Assembly: GCA_048213135.1 (NCBI GenBank)
Contig: PS015545.1
Coordinates: forward strand, 41,465 to 80,159
DNA: 38,695 nt
From: Reclinomonas americana ATCC 50394
Taxonomy: Eukaryota
Reading direction: 5' to 3'
The notes below the pieces were generated by a model. It worked only from the letters and a program-made list of their open reading frames with translations, did no database searches and was not told the origin of the DNA. The position numbers were made by a program, and so were the translations under genes. This document shows, one piece after another, positions 9,001 to 17,107 of the stretch (its first letter is position 1; each line of letters begins with the position of its first letter).

Positions 9001-11450
9001 TGTATTCCGTTTGCAGCTTGGTCCCGCTGGCCCTGGTGGCCCTGCTGGTGAAAAGGGCGAGAAGGGTGACAAGGGTGACAAGGGCGACAAGGGCGATGTG
9101 AGTTTATGTTCTGGTACTTCACTTGAGAGTGACAGCGGAGTCACCAACATTGTCTTCCTGTTTGCGTTCAGAACGGCGCTCCTGGCGAGAAGGGCGAGAA
9201 GGGAGATGTGCGTAGTTCATGAACTTGTGTTTGTTGGTGGCTTCGTTGGCAATAGGCTTCTCACGTGCATTGACTCTCAGCTTGGCCCCGCTGGTCCTGG
9301 TGGCCCTGCTGGCCCTGCTGGCGAGAAGGGAGAGGTGAGTTTATCCTTTGCAGTACCTCTCTTTACGAAAACGCATGCTGAAGCTGCCTCGTCCACAGCT
9401 TGGTCCGGCTGGACCTGCTGGACCCATTGGCCCCGCTGGTACTCCTGGAGAGAAAGGCGAGAAGGGCGACAAGGGTGACAAGGGCGATGTAAGTGCTGCC
9501 AACAAATGCAGTTTTAACTGAACGGGGTATCGTGATTCTGACGGATGCATGCGCGAGCGCAGAATGGTACGCCGGGCGAGAAGGGCACTCCAGGCGACAA
9601 GGGCGACAAGGGAGATGTGCGTCGCCGTGTATAGTCGTCGTTGTTTCGATGTTGGGTAGATGCTGAACCACGCACTATTTAATCGCAGATTGGCCCGGGC
9701 GGCCCTGCCGGAGAGAAGGGCGAGAAGGGCGAGAAGGGTGACAAGGGAGATGTGAGTGTGCTTGACCCGGTACCGTTGCCGAATTCGTCTCTGTAACCTT
9801 AATGCTTTTGCTGTCACAGCTTGGTCCGGCTGGCCCTAACGGCCCCGCTGGCGACAAGGGCGAGAAGGGAGAGAAGGGCGACAAGGGAGATGTACGTCGT
9901 CCAAAACTGCGGATGACTGAATGGAGTATTGACTTGCTGTTGTTTTTCACAGAATGGCGCCCCTGGTGAGAAGGGCGAGAAGGGCGACAAGGGAGAAAAG
10001 GGCGACAGGGGAGACAAGGGAGACAACGGCATGCAGGTATGACGCTTGCACATGAAGTAGTTGTTTCCGTCGTGTAACATTTCTGGCGTCCCCATCGCAG
10101 CCGTTCGGCCTGCGTTGCATTACCGCGTCAATCTCGTTGAAGGAGCCGCGCAATGCGTCCACCATTGTCCAGTGCCCTGCTGGTACGCCGTGGTCTCACG
10201 CGCCATTAATTCGTTTCTCGTTCCTCGCCCTCATTGCGCTGCGATTCGGGTTGCAGGAACTGTGGTGACCGGTGGTGGTATCATCAATCACCTGCGCGAG
10301 TTTAGCGAGCGGTGCGTCGTACTGTTGTGTGTGTGTCCAAGTCTGCTGCATACTCATGTCAATCTACGTGCAGCTCTGTTCTGCGTGAGAGCAAGCCAGT
10401 GGAGAACGGCTGGCAGTGCCGAGTGTGCGTCTTCTCGTCTTTGCTGCCCTTTTTCAGCAGTGTCTCACTCCACCGCATGCTTCTGTAGTGGCCTGTCTGG
10501 CGGAAAGTGGTCATGCTTCGCGCGTTGCTGCAAACTGCCGAAGGACACTGTTGTGGTGACCGTCACTGGCGACAATGACGCGTACGGCAAGTCGACCGCG
10601 AGTTGCCCGGCTGACTATCAGGTCCGATCGCACCCTCCTCGTATCGTGCCATGCAAGGCGCAGTACTCATCCTCCTGTTCACGGTGAACGCAGGTTCTTG
10701 GTGGTGGTATTGCCATCGGCGGAGAGACTTGCCACGAGAAGGACCCTCTCGAGCGCTACGTCTACAGCGAGTCGCGACCGAACGACAACGCCACGAGCTG
10801 GCAGTGCCAGGCTGGCCTCCAGGGTGAGTTTTCTGCCACGCCTCTATACCTCTCAAAATATTGACGCTCGACTCTCTTCTTTGCCCCGTCGCAGGCTCGT
10901 CAATCGCTCCGTCGACGTGCTTTGCTCGCTGCGCCAAGTTCCCCACTTCGCGCAAGATTGAAATTGTAAGCCGTTGCTTGTCGCTGCGACACCCGTGAAT
11001 AATGACGCTCATCGTGCTTTGTGTGCCAGGTTACCATCTCGTCGCCGACAGCCGATGCGATTCGCGTCTCGTGCCCGTCCACTTCGACTTTGGTTGGCGG
11101 TGGCTCGCTGTACGATGCCGGAAGCGGCGGATCCTGCAACGGTACGTGTTTCTACACCGTTCAACAACGCCTTCTTTTCGTCTCGTACTTATCCCACCAC
11201 CCCTTCAGGAACCAATGTGTTTGAGGAGTCTTATCCCGACACCAATTCCTCGTGGCGCTGCGACATGTTGCGTCGACGTCCATCGCTCGTTCTTTGTTTG
11301 CGAGAGCACGCGATACTCACAAATGTGGCTTTCTTTCGCAGGGCGCTGGATTCTGGCCGTCCACTGGCGTGCTACGCTTCTTGCGTCCACCCGCCGGGCG
11401 CTCAACTGATCCCCGACGTTCTCTCACTGGTCAACGAGACGAGTGAGTGA
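1..11450 (+). CDS. Giant collagen-like protein, 5'-partial and multi-exon: about 395 visible Gly-X-Y triplets plus a triplicated Cys-containing C-terminal head
   Basis: Spliced GT-AG micro-exons give continuous Gly-X-Y. First block: <1-31, 98-133, 209-244, 324-359, 430-465, 540-575, [gaps], 2104-2139, 2214-2285, 2350-2385 ... 4835-4897, 4982-5026 (PGPAGPKGTDGK, PGRDGKDGKDGK types). Second block: 5092-5163, 5235-5297, 5361-5432, 5505-5531 ... 9820-9891, 9953-10036 (LGPAGPSGPAGEKGEKGD, NGAPGEKGD types). Non-collagenous exons 10101-10182, 10257-10311, 10374-10424, 10489-10621, 10694-10823, 10895-10965, 11030-11141, 11209-11266 and 11342-11450 join in frame to a TGA (...LVNETSE*). One exon (4375-4418) is 1 nt short. 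Confidence 0.93.
644..1196. other. Assembly gap (N run) inside the collagen repeat array
   Basis: Continuous Ns from 644 to 1196. Confidence 1.
1197..1383 (-). other. Inverted fragment with two collagen micro-exons, probably a mis-oriented contig
   Basis: On the minus strand, exons 1380-1345 (PGPAGPKGTDGK) and 1277-1242 (PGPAGPKGADGK) have tag|...|gtctga borders. The introns resemble those at 32-97 and 134-175. Gaps flank it on both sides. Confidence 0.85.
1384..2032. other. Assembly gap (N run) inside the collagen repeat array
   Basis: Continuous Ns from 1384 to 2032. Confidence 1.
2104..10036 (+). repeat. Tandem exon-intron cassette array (about 90-165 nt units) with 2-exon and 4-exon higher-order periodicity
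   Basis: Intron families recur. 'gtgagttcaacgtggta(t/c)tgggtgactgtgacatcaccaatctcattct' starts at 5532, 5758 and 5989. 'gtgagtttatgtt...gagtg(a/g)cag...tcac(c/a)aacattgtctt' follows 8190, 8700 and 9097. Confidence 0.9.
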
Positions 11451-11629
11451 GGCTGGCTGCTGTAACAGCAGCCCGCATTATGTATTCATGCAGAGAGCAA
11501 CAACAGCGTGCTTGTGATCAAACCGCTTGTAAACACACGAGAGCTCCATATTACCACACAACGTTGATCGTCCGCCACGCGCAATCGAATCGTCCTCCGT
11601 CACTCCGTGTTGACGCCGAGTAGAGTGCG

Positions 11630-12354
11630 ATGGGCGGGTGCTGCTCGTCGGCCAATCGCAGTGGGCACGGCTCGCGCCCACAGTCCGCGGGCTCTGGGTC
11701 CAGCTCGTCGGCCGGTGGAGCCGAGTCGCCCACCAGGCGGCGTGTGAGACACGCAAAGCTCAGTGAGGATCACGGCGCAAGAGGAGGTGAAGAGGAAGAG
11801 TGGGATCGACGAGCAGCTGCTGAGGCTGGAGTGCCGGGTGAGTGAGGGAGAGCGACAAGAGAGAATCACACGATTCTTTTTATGATGACACTTGTTGGTG
11901 TTTGAAGTGCGCATTCGACCTCCGCGACGGTGGATTGCGGATCCGCCAATCACACGAGGCTTTCTGATGGCTCAGCGTGAGGAAGTTTCGTTGATTTGGA
12001 GCGTGTGCGTGTGTGGTGAGAGTGTGTGTGTGACTCATGAGTGATGCGCGCGCGCGGGCGGTAGTTCTGGGACACGAGGGTCGAGGGCAAGAAGGAGGTG
12101 TGGCAGACGTTGCGGTTTGCGGCGGAGTGTGGAGACCCAGACTTGATGCAGACGATTGTGGCTTCGGCCGGTCTCATTGTGGAGGGGAAGACATTGGAGG
12201 TGTGCAAAAAAAAGTCGCTCTCTCTCGTGCTCTTTCGCTGGTGGTGATGATGGATGGATTGGTGGTTGGGGCGCAGGTGACGTACGATCAGACAGGTGTC
12301 AAGTACGAGGTGCCGAACTATGCGCTGTCGGATCCAGAAAACCTGCTGGATTGA
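11630..12354 (+). CDS. UBTD1/UBTD2 (DC-UbP)-family ubiquitin-binding domain protein, UBD only, with an N-terminal MGGCC lipidation motif
   Basis: Exons 11630-11837, 11908-11984, 12065-12199 and 12277-12354 give ...LMAQREEFWDTRVEGKKEVWQTLRFAAE...LMQTIVASAGL...TYDQTGVKYEVPNYALSDPENL*. This matches the UBTD N-domain pattern R.EFWDT...G..E.W..L...YD..G..Y..P.Y.L..P.N. Confidence 0.88.
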
Positions 12355-12403
12355 GGAGAAGCGATAGGCGGTCGACCGCAAATGTACATGGATCGCTTGC
12401 TGT

Positions 12404-14657
12404 TTACTCGAGGAGCACGCGCGGCATCAGTGTGTTCTGTATGCGAGTGGCCAGCGCGTGGTAGACGGCGGCATGTTCCGGACGCGGCGTGCACACCAGC
12501 TCGAGCCACTGGTGACCGAGCAAGGTGCTTGCGTGCTCGTTGCCGCGAATAACAGCAGCAGCGGCGCGAACACAGCCGCCGAGAGCGGTCAGGTTGTCAC
12601 TCACGGCGGCCTCGGAGGAGCGGTACACGGGCGAGTTGAAAGCGTCGGCAAGGATTTGGAGGAAGACGGTGGATTTGGACGCGCCGCCCGTGCACACCAG
12701 CCGGCCATCTTGCGGGCGGAGAGATAGATGGAGAGGCGGAGAGTGTGAATGCGCCGGCAGCACATAGCATAGTGGGGAAGGTAGCGTACCGGATTCGAGC
12801 AGCGGAAACCGAAATTGACGCGCTGCAATCAGCAGGGCGAGGGCACGGAACTCGAGCACGGCTCTCGCCTCTGTGTCGCAGGGGAATTCTTCGGCAATGG
12901 GTTCGTCAGAGTCGGCCACGAAGCGAAAAATCCCTGCACAGGCAACACGTGAGCGACAAGCGACGGGGCACGGCATGCGGCGGAAATTCTCCCCCGGCAA
13001 ACCATGAGCCCCGCTTGGGCACACTTCACGATCGACCCAGTACAATCCCACGCACCCGCCATTGCCCGGCGGTCTGCGGCTGACCAGCTCCTCAAAATGC
13101 GTCCACGACGGACTGCCGACACTCCTTCGGACGGACTCCCGGGCCAGAGAGCCATTCTTGAAGCAGATGAGCGGCAACCGTCGCGCAACGGGATGGCCGT
13201 ACAGTGGTGACGCTGCGCAGGAGCAGTGGCAGCAGACGATTGGCTAATGTGGGGCAAGGGAGGGAGGGGGAGAAGAAGGACAGGAGGGTAGGCTCACCGA
13301 GAAAGAGATGACCCAGTTGTGCGCACGCTTCGAGGTTGTCGGCAACGCAGGAGATGGTGTCGCTCGTGCCGAGACTCACCGTCAAATCGCCTTTTTGTTG
13401 ACAGGAGACGACAGCAGCACTGCACAGAGAGAGAGAGAGAGAAAGGAAGGTTGTCGGCACACATAGGGAAAGACTATCACTATCTCTTTCTCACCTTCCA
13501 TTATCGCCGGTGAACACAAAGACGGGAGTGTCGGGTCGAAATCCGAAGCGCTTGACGAAATACGCAGCGACGGAACCGACCGGTGCCGAGTCACCGTCGG
13601 TGGCCACGCGTGGCAGCCGACTCTGCAGCACGTCGTCGTCGGGGCCGGCACACACAACTCGCGCAATATCACGGTCCCACTCGAGCGCTGCAAGTGAGCT
13701 GAGCCGGAGGAGGCCATCGGGGGAGGAGACGCGCGAGTGGCAACGCACTGTGCAGGTTGAACAGATTCGTGCCGGAGGCCTCGTTGACGTCCAGCGGAGC
13801 CCACTCGCCCACGAGGACAGAACACAAGAGGGAGCTAATCAAGCACAGCCGTTCCACATGCGCCGCGAAACCAGCAGCGCCGCCCACTCGCCTCCAGAAT
13901 TTGCAGATCTGCGCCGCTGCAAAGCTGCGCCACGGTAGATGGTCAACAAGCTTGTCGCGTTTCAACGCGCAGAGTCACCGCCGCACCGCTGCACCGCGCG
14001 AGAGCCAGTGACAGCCGCAAGTCCCTCCGCACCGCCCTCCACTTGCTCCTCCAGCAGCCGACACTCCTCGTCGGTGGACGTGTCCATCCACACAGTCGCC
14101 TCGTGCGGAAAACAGTGCGACAGTGCCTCCAGCAGTGACTCTTCCGCGTCGCCACGCAGCGATGCCAGTGCCTGCTCAAACCCCGGTGCACACCACACAA
14201 CTCCATGCTGCTGCGCAGCGCCACTGACGCCCACAACCTGCAAAGCCACATGAGCATGAGCATGAGGAAAGAGACTGAGAGGCATCGGAGATGACAGTGC
14301 ACCTCACTCAGATCGACACCACTCTGCTTTACAGTCTCCAACAGTGCATCCAACGCGCACAGCCACAGTTGCGGTGGACAAGTCACCTCCTTCCCGTCAC
14401 TGCGATCGATCATGAGACACAAGACACGACACGCACACCTCCTTCTTGCGCATGCGCGTGTGGCATCACCTGTGAATGTGCACTCCAGAGTCGTCGACCA
14501 GCGAGGCCCACTCGCAGTGTGCATACTGCGACTTGATGTGGTCCAAACGCACGGAGAAAACGCGCACAGTTTCGGTGTTGGTGCCAGGCAGTGGCAGCAG
14601 CACTGCCTTGAGCGACTGCGTGCTGAGGTCCAACCCCAGTGTCCACTGTCCCGGCAT
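12404..14657 (-). CDS. XYLB: Xylulose kinase (FGGY family), multi-exon
   Basis: The N-terminus is MPGQWTLGLDLSTQSLKA. Internal motifs include VSGAAQQHGVVW, WMDTST, ASGTNL, FTGDN, VSLGTSDT, LICFKNGSLARE and CTGGAS...LQILADAFNSPVY, plus TALGG. These are characteristic of eukaryotic XYLB/XKS1. The stop is at 12404. Confidence 0.93.
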
Positions 14658-15124
14658 GGGTCGGTGCTCGCAGTGCTGCAGAGCGCGCGCTCCTCCTCGT
14701 TGCCGCGAGTGAGAGGATGCAGAATCACGAATATTGGATTCCAGTGGCAGCTTTTTTTCGCGCCCTTTGAAGCAGGTAACGCCTGTCGAAGCAGCTCACG
14801 TGGCTGCCAGCCGAGTGCTGTGATGAAGCAGTGTCCGCTCGAGTGGTGATGCACGGCCGCCTTGGTGATTTCAAGATTGATTGTACATCGAACGCGTTTG
14901 TTGTTGCAGAACTGTGTGACTTTGCGCTGCGCTCGTGCAGTGTTGTCGACCATCGACGCGCCACAGCACACTCTCTCCGCAAAACGTTCAATTAATGATC
15001 GCCACGGTGACAAAAAGGAAGAGAGTTGACTGAAGAAAGTTACAACGCCTACAAAGACACACAAAAGAAAACGCTTGCGCATGCGCTTGCTTGCACACAC
15101 AGAGAGAGGCCAGTGCTGCACACG

Positions 15125-15819
15125 TCACTGTGGGCCGCCAGGCGAGCCACTGCCAGGGGGCCTGCCCGAAGCGGGTTCGTGCTGTTGGCCATGGCGGGCG
15201 CCACTGTGCGCAGCTCCCTGCGGTGGTCTCCAGTCGGGGTGTTGGAAGAGCGCCTGCTCGACGGTTTCGCGATCCAGCATGACTCCACCTGCATGCAGAT
15301 GCACATCGCGCACTGAGTACACAACGCCGCAGCAACCAACAGCACCTCGGCCGCCACGGACGAGAAGGAAGGCACACCACACATTCATGTACACCTCCAA
15401 ACTGTCGCATACGTATACGATGACGCTCTGCAATGATCTCTCTCCTCACCAGCACTCGCCACTGCGCGCTCCAGCTGCGCCTGCACCTCCAGCACGGCGT
15501 TGACTGTTTCCATGCCGAGGATGTCCACCACAGATAAAGGATGGCCGCTCACGTCCGAGTCGGCCGCGGCCGCCGCCGCAGTCTCATCTCGAACTCGACT
15601 GGCGTCACCGCCCTCCAACGCCACCTGCGCGTGCGGGGGGCGTCACGAACGTCGGTCATCTCCCTCCCCGACACACCCTCCACACTCTGCCCCGACCCCA
15701 CAAGAGAGGAAAGAATCTTGGCACGCGAGGAGAGCAGCGCTCATATTTGATTGCTGCGCTAAAACCCCACTCACCTCTGGTCGAGGGCGTTGGGGCGGTG
15801 GTTGAATGTTTTCGCTCAT
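15125..15819 (-). CDS. Hypothetical protein, about 127 aa, 3 exons
   Basis: Exons 15819-15775, 15624-15450 and 15288-15125 have gtgag donors and gcag acceptors. They join in frame: MSENIQPPPQRPRPE|VALEGG...VLEVQAQLERAVASAG|GVMLDRETVEQALFQHPDW...GGPQ*. I recognise no family. Confidence 0.5.
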
Positions 15820-16511
15820 AACACGCAGTCGACAAGAGAGGTCTGCCGTTTGGCTGCGTGTTCGCGCTTCGCTCGAGAGAGATTGGAAAAGGGGTGAGAC
15901 AATTGCTTCCGAGTTTGGGTTGCGCTGCCCTTTCACACTTGCGCGCATGCAATAAACGTGGCCCTCGCTTTTGGTGCGACGAATGTACGCTGCGGTCGTG
16001 TGCACAGAAGATACTGCCACGTCGTCGCACAAGCGAGGACGTGAGACAGGGCAAAGCCGTGCGACATGGCGGTCATGCCGGTCATTTGCAATCAACAACG
16101 AGGCAGTGCGCAAAATGCACTCTCGAACGCATGCGCCGATGTCGATGTCCACAACTGCGCGGCGAGTGGTGCCGATGACCCTGCTGCCACTGTGTGTTAC
16201 GCTCTCCCACCAGTGATGGTCATCGCGCGCGGGGCGGTAAGCGGAGCGTGAGAGAAGTAGGAAGCTCCGACGAATCGCAGACTCCATATGCATCAGATTT
16301 TGTTCGAATTCGGAAAATTGGTCTGCTGCCTTGCTCTCACACCGTGGACGTGCAGCGACCTCTCGGTTGTGAGTGCAAGTGGTGGCGCACAGTGGTCTAG
16401 TGTCTCACTTTGAACTTTGTGCGCTGGGCAGTGCGTTTCACCATTTGTGTCATATGCGACAATTTGTGTTCAGTTCGAAGGTTTGCAGACATCCTCTTTC
16501 TCCACAACGCA

Positions 16512-16538
16512 AACAACAACAACAACAACAACAACAAC
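16512..16538. repeat. (AAC)9 microsatellite
   Basis: Read directly from the sequence. Confidence 0.95.
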
Positions 16539-17107
16539 TTTACTAATCCAAGCAGCAACATGTGCACAGCTGTATGATGATCACCATCTTGAGTGAGCAC
16601 CAGAAACACAGACATCACGGAAAAAGGCGAGAAAAAGAACGCCTTCATGATCAAGTCTCCTGTCAACGATGAGTTCTACATTGCGCGACGACACAATCTT
16701 CACTGCTCTGCTATTCGATCGTGGTCTGGTACTGGTTATTCATGTACAGAAACTCTAAGATCTGGTATGTCCTTTTGCAGGCAGTGCGTCTCTGTTCTAC
16801 GCCTCTCACGCAGTGATCCATCTCATGTGTGCCAAGGCACGTTGCAAGAAGCTCAGCTGTACGTGCGTGCGTGCGTGTGTGCGTGTGTGTGTGTCTCGGA
16901 CAAGCTGAGACAGGTATGGTATCGATACACGGCGACCGATAATCTCGATCACTGCGAGAATGGTGACACAACGCGCGACGATTGGGACTTTACTGCATCG
17001 TGCGCGACTCGCATAGCACGCAGTAGGCTGTACATGCGTGATGACACCGCGAAGAACAAGAAGAAGACTGGACTCAGATGGAAGAAAGATAGAGAGAGAG
17101 AAAGAAA

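Noticed and set aside
10007-10015. RGD motif near the end of the collagen helix
   Set aside because: It is one A-to-G change from the ubiquitous KGD triplet pattern. Nothing shows it is a functional integrin ligand.
1-10036. CRISPR-like look: 36-nt conserved repeats separated by variable spacers
   Set aside because: The repeats are codon-degenerate Gly-X-Y exons bounded by AG/GT. The spacers are introns with branch sites and are related to each other. No cas genes are present and the context is eukaryotic.
13943-15121. 392-aa minus-strand ORF overlapping the XYLB 5' end
   Set aside because: It is a shadow frame running through XYLB introns and upstream DNA, with no motifs.
14988-15455. Apparent RING-like 'ECVVCL' ORF on the minus strand
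   Set aside because: There is no further RING Cys/His spacing, and the motif falls in the predicted intron of the orphan gene.
15820-17107. Possible gene or ncRNA in the longest gene-free stretch, including ORF 16593-17111
   Set aside because: I found no coherent spliced frame, no tRNA, snRNA or rRNA motif, and it contains microsatellites. It is more likely UTR or intergenic, though a lncRNA cannot be excluded.
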